The translations under genes were made by a program, and so were the position numbers. Below are positions 25,159-36,562 of a DNA stretch of 64,000 nucleotides, piece after piece (the stretch's first letter is position 1; every line of letters starts with the position of its first letter). The stretch comes from Amphiscolops sp. MND2022 (taxonomy: Eukaryota). Location of the stretch: contig OZ076409.1 of NCBI GenBank assembly GCA_964187785.1, positions 88,910,001 through 88,974,000 on the forward strand. Reading direction: 5' to 3'. The notes below the pieces were generated by a model that ran no database searches, was not told the origin of the DNA, and saw nothing but the letters and a program-made list of their open reading frames with translations.

Positions 25159-27680
25159 ATGGCGGTGCCCCATACATGTTCACAATCGTGGGTCACGATA
25201 GATGGTTCGCGTTTTTCAGACGACATGTCTGACGAAGTCACTATCGAACAACAGCGAAAAGAGGAGTTGGCCGCTATGGTTCCTCCCTCCGAGAACTCCA
25301 GTGTTTCCGAGAATTCGCGTCGAACCGAGCAGTGGGTCGACGAAACCTGCCGCGACAGAGCCAATGAAGTGGAGGAGGGCTGACCCAATTCGAATGCAAC
25401 TGATGAATTGGTGCTGAGGAAGGGTGCTCGCGCGCACCCCCGGCTGGGGAGGCACAACGCGGCTCACAGACCGACATGGAGCAGGATCTCACTTACTCAT
25501 GCCGTTGCGCGAGACCGCGAGGACTCGGGACCACTCGAGGACCTACCCGGGTCTGTGCCTACGGAAAGCACAAGAAGGTGCGACCACCCACACTGCATGT
25601 AGGCGAACCACGTCAGGAGGCATCCCGTGTTAGGAGTATGACAGGTTCATTGGCCTCATTGCAACGGTCTTCGGTATACAAGGCAGCGCTATTGGATGCC
25701 CAAGCCGAAACCCAACGGGCTCTGGCAGGTCTGGCCAGCACTCGTGCTGAGTGCAATGAGCAACATCTTGCCATCGTGGAAAATCTTAAAGTGATGCAGA
25801 TGACGATGCGTGAGGGCCTGCAAGTCAGCGATCAATTGCGTACTGCGCAGAACGTGCAAAATGCTCGAGTGGACACATTGGGTCACCGGATGGGAGAGAT
25901 GAATGACATGTTGATGGCTCGCGAGCTGCGCGTGGAAACGCAGATCAACGACTTAAGCAATCAGATGCACACAGTACTCAATGCCATTGATGTCATGAGG
26001 CGTGAGAGGTCACTCCCGCGGCAGCCCAGTGCAAATGGAAGCGTGCAGAATGGAGGTCCAGTCCGTATCTCGGAGCCGACGTACCCGAGCCAGGTAGTGA
26101 AACCGGAACTGCCAAGTGCGTTAAAGCCTAGCACTTCCAGGTCGGCAGTACCTGCGCCCCGGAAAGATGAAGGAGCAGCCGGAAATTTGGTGATAGCCAC
26201 GCCTGATGCAGAGCGCAAGCCTGCACGAGTGCAGATGAGAGGACATCACGACTCAGCAGAGTCATCAATGCCCTCTGCAGCCCAGAGCACTACTCGTGAT
26301 CAAGGCGTGGATCCGATGTCAACAATCTATCTTGATTCTTCGGTTGAAGTCGACTTATCCAACACCAAGGCAACCCTAGGTTCTCAAACCGAGGGAGCAA
26401 CGTTTGCAACTGCCCCTATTTCGATGTCAGGACCAGACTCGTTATACTTGACCGCAGACTTGTCAGCCGATCATGGAGTGCCCTCGGACACTCCCTGTGC
26501 TAGCAGCACTCGTAAGAAGGACGAAATCGCTGACCTGTCAATACAAGCCACTCTTGGTAGTCATGACAGGACGCGTGAAGGGGAAGCTAAGGTCGAAGAA
26601 GGAGAAGCCATATCCCCTGAGCAGCTGAGATTCACGGCCGCCATATCAAAGGCGATGTCAAAAGAGTTAGCGCCTTTACTCGCCGGTAGAGACTTAGCTC
26701 AGGCGAGACCCAATGTATATCGCGGCTCCAAAGACGGATCCATTGATGGGTGGATCCTTATTATGCAGGGATACCTGAAGAGAACGCAAACCAAGGTCTC
26801 AGCCGAGGACCAGGCCTGGAGCATCATTGGTCACCTTGAAGGTGAAGCTCGCAACTACATCATTAACAAAGCAGAATCCGAACGTGACACCCCCGAGAAG
26901 GTGTTTGAATTGTTATCCAGCCGCTTTGGCGCTGGAGGAAATCGTATGCAAGTACGACAAGCTTTCCAGAGCCGCATTCAACATGAGAAAGAAGACTGGA
27001 TGCAGTATTTAGACGCTCTAGAGGGTCTTAGAAGTCAAGGATTCCCGCAAGAGACAATCACTACCAAGCGCTATGAAATCCTCCAGCGCTTCATGGAAGG
27101 CGTACGAGACCCAGCGCTGAGGCGGGAACTTGCTATAGTATATGCCTCGGAAGTCTTCCTGACCGAACCACCTACGGTGGAATCCCTTCGCTTCACCACC
27201 CGTCAACTGCAGCGCAATCGCCCCAAACCCAACCAATTCCCTCAACCCTATGACCCCAGACTAGCAATGAGGTCTAGACCTCATCCCTTCGCGCCGCTAC
27301 CCCCCAACAAAATGGTGTTACCACAAGGAGTAATGCCTCCCCCACCTGCGAGCAATGCCCCGCCAAATCAGGCAGCAGCGCAGCCTGCGGCACGCCTACC
27401 CGTTGGCGCATGCTTCAATTGCGGTCAAGCTGGGCATTTTGCCCGGGACTGTCCCACCCGCGATCAGGCTCGCAAACCAGTAGCAGCTCCCGAGCCAGAA
27501 GGCGTGAAAGTCACTGCTGAAGACGTAACTGATGGCGTGTTGGAGAATTATCCAGGCATTCATCAGTGTGCGCACTGTGGAGTCAATGACCATGTGGATG
27601 TCCCCTGCGGTGAGCATCCTCAAGCTCCAAGCAGTAAATGTCCCCTCTCGCACCATCTATTCTGTGGCGGCAACGAATAA
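25159..27680 (+). pseudogene. gag: gag of element 2: coiled coil, capsid-like region, CCHC knuckle
   Basis: ATG at 25159, in-frame TGA at 25381, frameshift near 25580. ORF 25476-27680 contains IDGW...HLEGEA...LSSRFG...RIQHEKE and CFNCGQAGHFARDC. Confidence 0.85.
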
Positions 27681-30600
27681 CGCCATGCTACAGAACTCTC
27701 CTGGTGGCGTGCGCGAGTCAATCATGGCCCTCAAGGACATTGACACCGAGCTCCATGAACACACTCATACAGTACATGGGATCAAGGATTTGGTCCTAGC
27801 CCAAAACCGCGATGTCCATGTGCTAGCACTGAAAAAGCTCGTGCAGTGTGAATCCCTAGATAACGATGTGTTTCCCGAGAACGTGCGTGAATTCGCACGT
27901 AATTACTTCCGCCAGAAAAAGGACCTCTAGTTCATAAACAAGAATGATGTCCTTTGCGTGGATTACTCACCCACCCAACGCCCATTGCACGAACGTCCGT
28001 GCATGATCATAATGCCTCAGCTGTACCAGCATGAAATTCTATTCCGCGCGCACGACGCAATGGGACACCAAGGTATCTCAAAAGTGGTAGCTCGAATTCA
28101 AGAGCGCCACACTTGGCCCGGCATACGGCGCAGTGTCGGTCGATACGTCGGCCAGTGCCTCACCTGCCAACAAGTACGTGACAAGCCTGGTGACGTACGA
28201 TTTCAGCTGAAAAACATTCAGAGTGGCTACTTCAACGAGTTGGTCCAGTATGACCACTTAAAAATCTGCCCCTCTGATAATAACAACACCGGCATCTTGG
28301 TCATAATCGACCATTTCTCTAAATTTGCAGAGGCAGTCCCTTGTAGTCACCACGACTATGACGCAGTGACCACCTCACGATTGCTGCTGCAGGAATGGTT
28401 TGCCCGCCACGGCACCCCCACTCGCATGCAATCCGACAATGCTCCAAACCTCACTGCTGAAGTCTCTAATGAGTTCCTAAAGGCAGCTCACGTCACTAAA
28501 GTGACCTCCACCGCCGGACATCCACGAACTCAAGGTTTGGTCGAACGGCAAAACCGCACCCTCTTAACCTTGTTGCGAGTCTTTTGCTCGCGCCGCATGC
28601 GCGACTGGGACCAATGCTTAGATGAAGTGATCGGTGCCTATAATTCTACCAGGCACGCCACTACAGGCTTCTCGCCCTACATGTTGACTAGGGGTGTTGA
28701 GAAAGCAATCCCCCTCACCTTTTTGTACCCTGAATTTGCGGCCAAGTCCTTTGATACGCATGAGGCATATGTGGATCATGTGTTGGCTCGCCAACAAGAA
28801 ATTCACGACTTGGTCCGGCGCAATACGCACCAGGCCCAATTACGCCAAAAATTGAAATATGATCGTGCTATTCGAGCACGAGCCTACCAGCCAGGAGAGC
28901 TTGTCTGGGTTTTCGCCGCTACGTGCCGCAAAAAGGCTCCCCCAAACTGATGCGTGCCTGGCGTGGCCGGCACAAAGTAGTACAAGTCTTTCAAGAAGGA
29001 CGCGTCTACGTGTTGGACACAGCCCAAAAGGTTCATTTCGAGCGCCTGAAACCTCATCACAGTGGGCCCCTTGAGCTCGCCACCGCGCAAGCGGACAGCG
29101 GCGAAATAGTGGTACTCATGGACCCTGACCCTGAACGTTCTATTGATGTGGTTGACGACGATAAGTCCCAGCCTTCACATAAAACTGAACAACTACTTTC
29201 AGAAGCATCTGACGTGTCCTTGCCTTCGCGCAAGCACCATTGGATGGATACCCGGTTGCGCACAAAGTTGCGTGCTGGAGGTTCCCGCATGCACTACCAG
29301 CAGTTCGACTACTCGACCTCGTTCACTGACGATGAGTTATCCGAAATCATGTTACCGGTACCTCCTGATCCCGTTGATGCTGATCGTAGGGAACCCGAAG
29401 TCCCCCAACCCCCTTCAGACCAATCAATATCACCTACCCATCATCTACCTCAACTATTCTCAGACCATGAGCGCGCGCGCTCTCCGTCACCACAAAAATC
29501 TTCTCCCGAAAAACAGCCCTCATTATTGGGAACATCGGCCCCATTACTGACAAATCCATCACTGACGAGTTTCCTCAATAACTACCCCATTTGGCCGGCC
29601 GCTCCTTCCCTCCCTCTGAAGTCCGCCACCGAGGATGACGACGCTCAGTCCAATGTGCCTACTCTTCCCACGACATTGCCCGGAGCGGGGACCGCTCCTT
29701 CTCTCAAAAGGGGGAGGGGGAGACCACCCAAAACGCGAAAACGGCTGGTCAGAGCGAAGGCAAGAACGAGGAAGAAGGAAACAACGACAACAATGCCATC
29801 GGAAACAGCAATGCCGACCGAGGCTTCTGAGGTCCCCCGATACCAGTTGAGAAGCAGGCGGCAACCACGCTACAAATGCGGGACCTGTGGGCTGCGAGAC
29901 TGTGTCTGCTTGCTAGCCGTCAATGAGAACCGGAGGGTTCCCACTGGAGCCCGGGGAGTTCCTCCGGAGCGGGGAGAAAATCTAGTACATCGCCTTACGG
30001 TGAGAGCTGAAAAGACTTATTCCTCCCTGGAACGACACGGAGACCATCCCGTGGATACTATTCTGGAGAAGTTATCATCACCTGGAGTAGCAAAAGCTCC
30101 ATGTCCTCGATTCAAGGAGTGGACTAGCGACGGAAAAGGGTTAGAGTTTACCCTCGCTACGGTGATGCCCCCAGTACCCAGCAATTTTGCGTTTGGACCC
30201 TTCAACTTCGAGCGGAAACCTGTGCAAATGGTCCGATGCATCACCGCTGATCTCCTCTGTGACAAATACGGAATTCACGTGGACCCGGGCGAGTTATACA
30301 GCCCAGCACCGCACTGGTGGTTGCTGGTTACTGCTCCACGAGTGGAGGCAATAGTGGAACCACTGCACCTGCTGTCCTGCTTGGAAGGTCTGAGGACCCT
30401 CACTACTGCGGACTTGATACTTTGCTTCCACATTATAGACTGGTATCGTGGCAAGGTGAAATTCGCGTGGTGGTTGGAACTAATCATCACTTGTTTCACC
30501 AATTATCCTCGCATTAGATTGCTGGACGAGTGGACTCATACTTTCGAGATTCCGCTGCCCTCAAAAGCCGCTTTGAGCACCCTAGACACATGGGTCAGGG

Positions 30601-31210
30601 CGAGCAGTGATAATCGAGCGATGCCACGCTCGGTGTGGCAAGACCTGGCTGCAATCCAGGGGCGTACGCCCCGCGTATGCTTACCTGCCGACAATGGGCC
30701 GGGGAGGGAGATTATCTACCCGGGGATTCTGCATCCAGCCCCGACAGAGCACCTCTCATATGATGTGACTGATTTTCTTCAAGTAGAAGGTGATATGGTG
30801 CTAGCGTGTCCCGCTGACCTAGAGACCAACTCAGCCGCCCTACGGTACGTGCTACGAGAATGTGGCAAGGAGAATGTGTTCTCCCTACGTCCTAAGGTGG
30901 GGGAGATTCTCACCATTCCCCCTGACATCAACCCAAACCCCAATCAGAGTATACATTTCTGATAATCAGAGCAAACCAGCGTGCGCCGCTGCTCACCGAC
31001 GATTACCTACGTTGTATGACACACTTGATACAGCGTTTGATAGAGAAAGGATCCACGAGGGTCCACCTACCTATACTGGATCCAGAGCGACCCGCCCTCT
31101 CATTGGTAAACCTGTACCATACCCTAACGAATTTGCTGGAAGGCACTGGCATTCACGTGGTGCTGCATAACCGCGTGTATGTGTCCATTCTGAGCATAGG
31201 GCCGGAGTAG
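27630..31210 (+). pseudogene. Integrase of element 2 with an unusually long C-terminal extension
   Basis: AHDAMGH...CLTC zinc finger, QYDH...IIDHFSKF...SDN...VER core, and GPY/F-like KLMRAWRG. TAG at 27928; apparent 1-bp frameshifts at ~28913 and ~30958 join ORFs 27958-28950, 28923-30962 and 31016-31210. Confidence 0.85.
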
Positions 31211-31464
31211 CCCGCCCAAAACTCTTTTCTGTTGCCCCCTATTTAATTTATCCACCCCGGTAATTGTTATGTCTGGGAGGAAGTCTTAAACTATCCCATG
31301 GAATGATTACCTTGTAACGTGTCGTTAAATAACTCCTATCTTTATGTTCTAGTTAGTTAGTTGAACTACAATTTAAACTTGTTGCGGTTCCCTTATGGAG
31401 CCATCTTTGTACCATCGTAACTGGATGATGAGCCTTAAGCTTTCCCCACAATGCACGTAGTAAG

Positions 31465-31485
31465 CCTAACGGTAATCCTTTTTAG
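31465..31485 (+). promoter_or_regulatory. Putative branch point and splice acceptor for ORF3
   Basis: CCTAAC...TCCTTTTTAG ending 12 nt before ATG 31498. Confidence 0.5.
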
Positions 31486-31497
31486 ACCTATGATATA

Positions 31498-34400
31498 ATG
31501 GCTTATTACCCCAACAACACGGTGCCTACTCCCACGACGGGACCTCATACCAATAGGTCTCAAGAATTGCCTGCGCGAGCGCAGAGGACTAATCAAGTCC
31601 AATATGTAGAAGAGCGACTGAGGAACGGCCTTTCACTGATAGCGGTAGCGGGCGTGGCCGCCCTGCTCACTCAACTAGACACGATGCAGACGCTGCCGGG
31701 TGTATCTGTGTCTCTGGTGACGGAAGTAGCTGGTTACCGTCGCACGCTAACCTGCCAAAACAATACGTGGGATGGCCACGATTTGACGCATCAATTCTTG
31801 GATGAACGCTCTACCACAATGCTCGGGCTCAGCCAGGGCACGAGATTCGAGCAAGAAGCCTCCCTGTGTATGGCACCTGCCAGCGTTGCAACGATGCCAC
31901 CACCTCAGATGGTCGCATTGCCCCCACCAGCACCAAAACCAGTACCAATGACGCCAACCTATTCCGGTTCACCTGCCTTTGGGACCTCATACCGAGCGCC
32001 ACACATGGTACTGCAAACCACTACTAGTGCACCAGTCTCTGATCGGGAGCCCTCGGGGTCCCGGTTGCCACCCATACCTAACCCAGAGCTGACTGGAAGG
32101 AGTACCAGCGAACAGGCCGTAATTGTGGCATTACAAGCAGTGGCCAACTATCCGAACTCCTCCGATTTTGTCCGTGCCGTAGAGCAGAGAATCCCTGGAC
32201 TAGCCACTTATCTGCAAGCTGCTGTTCAGCCCACGGGCTGTGACCCTCCTGCTCCCTTAGTCGAGACGGCATCTATGGATGTGGAAATTGCTGCTGGACC
32301 AAGCAACAGCGCAAGCGCTGCTACTGGCACACGAGAAGAAACCGGGAGAAAGCGACTAACTGAAGAAACTGCCTCAGTCACCCCAGCTGGCTCAGTGACC
32401 GAGAGCCCGACTAGTCGTCCCCCTCCCGACAAGCGCGCTGATGTACCTCGACCCCAGCTGAAAAGTGTAGTCATCCCTAGGCCTCCGTACCGAGTGGGTC
32501 ATCTAGGCCGAGGCGCGCCTCAGATGTCTCTAGCGGACGCAATCGAGCAATATGGAGATCCGGATGCAGGCTCGGAAGTGAGCTCTGTGCCCTCGGGCAC
32601 GAATCCAATAGATATGTCCCTGGAGATACCTGAGACGGTGGAGGAGGCCCGTCCTCCAGCCTTCCTCCCTCCATCTGATGACGTATCCGGTTCAGTAGTC
32701 ACAAATGATAGCAAACGCATTTGGATGGCCGCTGAGCATCTCTACCCCAGTCAATGCGCTATAAAGAAAAGGACCCCTCCCACTGAGACGGAGCAAAAGG
32801 AAATTAATCGAACCACGATACCGGCGCAGGTCACACGTTCACTGCGCCCCCGGGACGCAGATATGTCGGAGCAGGCTTGGGAACAGCGTTCTCGAGAGCA
32901 GCTGCCCACGACAACTAACGATTACATGGCACCCCTGCAACATAACATCACCGAGCAATTCCCCGCACGGTATGTGTTGCGAGAAGGTGAGACATGGGAA
33001 GCGAACGCCCGCTACGCCCGCAACTTGAGATCTCTGAAACCACTATTGAAAGCAGCTCTGCAGCGCGCGCGCTACTGCATGGCGGTTGATTCTACCTGCC
33101 GGAGTGACCTGCCTATTGACAACTTGATGCCTGACGTGCTGGTACTGACCATGCCCCTGTCTCGCTTCGCTGAGATCGCTGAGATGGTTGGAGCCATATA
33201 CGATCCAAACTTAAGAGGATCACAGAAGGAGCCACCCCCACAGCGCGTGATCTTTGCCAATCTTCTGGATCACATGGCTTGCGAAGGGTTGCTGCGTGAC
33301 CTGGACGCTATAATGTCCGATGTCCGACGACCTGGAGACATTGCAGCCCTAGTAAATGAGGTAGTCGGTGCAATGGAACGTGCCGCAGGGATCCTTCGGG
33401 GTCGTCTGGGAGCGCTCGCGCTCTTTGTATCCCCACCAGGATTTATGTACTGGCCACGAAGTCTGCAGCAGTTCGTCTACATTCTGCTGGAGGTATGCAA
33501 GGCGCGCAGAGTCGAATTCGCTATCTGTGCACCGAACTTGCGTGTGGACCGAGAGGACCTGCGCCCAGATACCTTATCGTATCCAGCCTTCTTTGCCGCC
33601 GTATCTAGATTGCTCGTGGCCATAGAACGCTCGGGAAATGCCCAGCTAACCATTGACGACGCTATCCTCTATGATCATGGAATGCGGATGGGCAGAATGG
33701 CCTTTGACCTTGACGGCAACCGCATCGCCCGAGAGTCAAATGTGACCGAACGAGAGGCTGTTCGTCGGTACAATTGGCTAGTGCGAAAGGACAAAGAAAT
33801 CCCAGTGCGTGCAGAGTTAGCCGAACTGACAAAACAAATCGGTGCATGGCCTGCAGCGCGCACCGTTGAGAGGACAATCCCTCAGATCCACTTCGTCTCA
33901 GGAATCGAGCCCGTGAAGTTGCCTGTAGGACTGCGGTGCATCGTGGCAACTGAAGCAACAAATCTGAAGGCAGAGGTCGACGCCGCAGCTACCACCTACG
34001 CCTATTGGTACCAAACTAGGTTTGCCACCAGGACTCTAGCAGAAGTAGCTCGAGAGCTCAATTGTCCATTGGAAGCCTTCTGTACCAGTCTTGGTCTGGG
34101 ATGGAACCTTGAAGTGCTAACTTCCGAGTTTTCGCTGACCCCCACGCAAACGGACAGGCTACTAGAGACCATTGGAGAGGCAACTGTCGGAGAAATACTA
34201 GCGCTCGCGCTAGCGATGGGTCCAACGAAGTTTGTAGCCGGACCACTAGCCCTATTAGTCGACATCGTGATTGCCTGCGACCTCACCGTATTCTACAGCT
34301 ACTTGGTCCTGGCACAAGGACAACTACGCAGCCTGACCCGCTGGGGACATTTAATGACCTCCAAGGACCAACAAGACTATTCCGCCCAACTGGAGCGCAT

Positions 34401-35805
34401 GCGTGCGTCGATCCAGCACTGGCTATATTCCACCCTGGTGTTCGCCTCCGGTCTATTCGTGGGCGTGGACCAATCCCAACCACTATACAACTCAGACCAG
34501 CAAATCCCACGGGAAACGGCAGGATTCCCCTTGCCGCAGCAGATCGCTGATCTCACCCTGGCTGAGGTAGAGGATTTCGTGGCAGTCATGGCTCCCGTCC
34601 TGGCCCCCATCTTTGGCGCAGTGGGCGTGTGCCGATACCCTACCAAACCGTTAGCAACAGCAGTCCAAGTACACATGGTCTCCTTTAGCACCTATCTGCG
34701 AAGCCGTCCCTCACTGGAATATCCAAGGGTAATACATGCCGTGCTGAGTGGCGAAGTGCCGCATGGGTATACGACCGTGAAATCCGAAAGAGAGTTGGAG
34801 GAGAACCTGATGGGTTTGTTGCGCGCGCGCACCAGGAAAGCATGTCCTCTGCCTCGAGAACATGGGCCTGTGAATTGGTACTCCGCACCTCTCAGTTTGG
34901 AAGGAGTCGCCTTCAGATTCCCGTGGAGTCAGGAATTCATAAGAAAGGCGATTCGCGCCAGCACTAGTGCTGGTCCACCTGTAGACCCTTTGTACTGCTT
35001 TAAATGCATCGCCTTCCCAAACCGCTATTGGAAGGAGCCGTTAGGTTGGCCAAGGGCGAAACCCGTTGGACGCGCCCCGGAGATTTTCAACCGTCAAATC
35101 CAGCACTTGGAACCAGCCCAGATCCCAGGATGGATTGAAGGCGCTGCTCAGATCAGGCAAAGAAATCCCCAATCCCGCGTTATCCCATTCCCCCGGAAGT
35201 CGGCATGGAAGCCTACGGGAAAGATGACAATGTCTGGAGATATGTCCATCGTCCAGCATGATGAGATCAATTCCGTGTTGGGCTCGACAGAACGAGCAAG
35301 ATGGGAAGAGTATTGTCTGGAGTTGGAGATTGCTAGCTTCTCTAAATGGAAGAGAGCTTGCGAGCTCTGGAGCCAAACTGGGTGGATCTCACGCCGAGTC
35401 GCATTAGCAGTAGAAGGCAGAGCAGAAATAGCGAGACAACAGGCGTTCGCGCCTACCATGCTGGCACCAACGATGGCGATGTCTTTGGATCGGCCCATCT
35501 CTCAACCGATCACCATTAACCTTCCAACCCACAACTTGGAGCCAGAACCAGTTGGCCCGTCTTCGTCGCGAACTAGCCCTCAGTCCTTGCAGCAGCTGTC
35601 CGGAGAGCACGCAGCTGAGTTGACTCCCAATGCAGCACTAGTGCAGCCCATTGCCAAGTTGTCGCTCCCCGAAGATCTGTCGGACTCTGAAATGGTTGCC
35701 ACAGAAATCTCTCCCCGACGTCGAGCGTCAGTGTCGACTGATAACCCAGAACAGAACCCAGATGATACCACGAAAGAGCGGACCCGACGCAGTTCGGCTC
35801 AATAA
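31498..35805 (+). CDS. Intact 1435-aa accessory ORF3 in the env position; Pro/Ser/Thr-rich N-terminal third and an SGNH-hydrolase-like domain
   Basis: Uninterrupted 4.3-kb ORF between integrase and PPT; SGNH-like block pattern at ~33070-33620. Confidence 0.9.
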   Translation: MAYYPNNTVPTPTTGPHTNRSQELPARAQRTNQVQYVEERLRNGLSLIAVAGVAALLTQLDTMQTLPGVSVSLVTEVAGYRRTLTCQNNTWDGHDLTHQFLDERSTTMLGLSQGTRFEQEASLCMAPASVATMPPPQMVALPPPAPKPVPMTPTYSGSPAFGTSYRAPHMVLQTTTSAPVSDREPSGSRLPPIPNPELTGRSTSEQAVIVALQAVANYPNSSDFVRAVEQRIPGLATYLQAAVQPTGCDPPAPLVETASMDVEIAAGPSNSASAATGTREETGRKRLTEETASVTPAGSVTESPTSRPPPDKRADVPRPQLKSVVIPRPPYRVGHLGRGAPQMSLADAIEQYGDPDAGSEVSSVPSGTNPIDMSLEIPETVEEARPPAFLPPSDDVSGSVVTNDSKRIWMAAEHLYPSQCAIKKRTPPTETEQKEINRTTIPAQVTRSLRPRDADMSEQAWEQRSREQLPTTTNDYMAPLQHNITEQFPARYVLREGETWEANARYARNLRSLKPLLKAALQRARYCMAVDSTCRSDLPIDNLMPDVLVLTMPLSRFAEIAEMVGAIYDPNLRGSQKEPPPQRVIFANLLDHMACEGLLRDLDAIMSDVRRPGDIAALVNEVVGAMERAAGILRGRLGALALFVSPPGFMYWPRSLQQFVYILLEVCKARRVEFAICAPNLRVDREDLRPDTLSYPAFFAAVSRLLVAIERSGNAQLTIDDAILYDHGMRMGRMAFDLDGNRIARESNVTEREAVRRYNWLVRKDKEIPVRAELAELTKQIGAWPAARTVERTIPQIHFVSGIEPVKLPVGLRCIVATEATNLKAEVDAAATTYAYWYQTRFATRTLAEVARELNCPLEAFCTSLGLGWNLEVLTSEFSLTPTQTDRLLETIGEATVGEILALALAMGPTKFVAGPLALLVDIVIACDLTVFYSYLVLAQGQLRSLTRWGHLMTSKDQQDYSAQLERMRASIQHWLYSTLVFASGLFVGVDQSQPLYNSDQQIPRETAGFPLPQQIADLTLAEVEDFVAVMAPVLAPIFGAVGVCRYPTKPLATAVQVHMVSFSTYLRSRPSLEYPRVIHAVLSGEVPHGYTTVKSERELEENLMGLLRARTRKACPLPREHGPVNWYSAPLSLEGVAFRFPWSQEFIRKAIRASTSAGPPVDPLYCFKCIAFPNRYWKEPLGWPRAKPVGRAPEIFNRQIQHLEPAQIPGWIEGAAQIRQRNPQSRVIPFPRKSAWKPTGKMTMSGDMSIVQHDEINSVLGSTERARWEEYCLELEIASFSKWKRACELWSQTGWISRRVALAVEGRAEIARQQAFAPTMLAPTMAMSLDRPISQPITINLPTHNLEPEPVGPSSSRTSPQSLQQLSGEHAAELTPNAALVQPIAKLSLPEDLSDSEMVATEISPRRRASVSTDNPEQNPDDTTKERTRRSSAQ

Positions 35806-36553
35806 ACCCAGCCGCTAACGGGAGCGTTCGCGCTCCCTATACATTCGAAAACTGCCAACAAAACAGTGCCTTAAAACTTCTCATCCAGGACGGTGCTACA
35901 GTACGAAGTGCAATTTTTGTTCATAGTTATGGTTATATGATTAGTGTACTATTAGTGTTGCACTGGGTGTATGGCCAATAGAGTACGCCTGCCCCAGTGG
36001 CTTGAACTACCAAGCAGAAAGAAAAGAAAAACTATTTTTCAGAAAACTGCTATTTTTGTTGCGCACCGTTCGCGGTGTTTTTGAGTTGTCACAATCAAAA
36101 GAAGTCTTATCCCTCTTGATTGCTTTTTTCTCTCTAGTCTAGTGTTCTTCATCAATTTGGTTGTTCACCGTAAGAGCCCGCCAGCTCTAAAAAAGTTTTT
36201 AACCGCCTGAAGTGAATTGAAGACTGCAAGTAGCAAATGGTAGGAAAAAGAAATTTTAGCCGACTTTGGTCGCAAAAAAGTTTTTACGTAAGTTGGCTAC
36301 CCAAACGAGTTTTAACCGGCTGAAAACTTTAGCTCTCGAGCTGGTGCTAGTACCTCGTTCGTGTTTTGTACAAATAGCTAGGCAGTAAGCTTTTTTTTCG
36401 CGGAAAAACCGCAAAAACTGACCGAAATTGTTGCCGAAAAACAAGGACTCGTCCTTGTTCCCCGATGTGTGGATGATGGTTCCCAGCAGTCACTGTGATG
36501 CAGTTTCCAGACGAGCCAGACGCCGCTTGCCAGGGACGACAAGCCAGGAGCCT

Positions 36554-36562
36554 GGGGAGTGA
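36554..36562 (+). promoter_or_regulatory. Polypurine tract of element 2
   Basis: GGGGAGTGA directly before the 3' LTR; conserved in the relative at 49889-49897. Confidence 0.75.

Noticed and set aside
31498..35805. ORF3 as a classical retroviral Env
   Set aside because: No clear signal peptide, furin site plus fusion peptide, or C-terminal transmembrane anchor.
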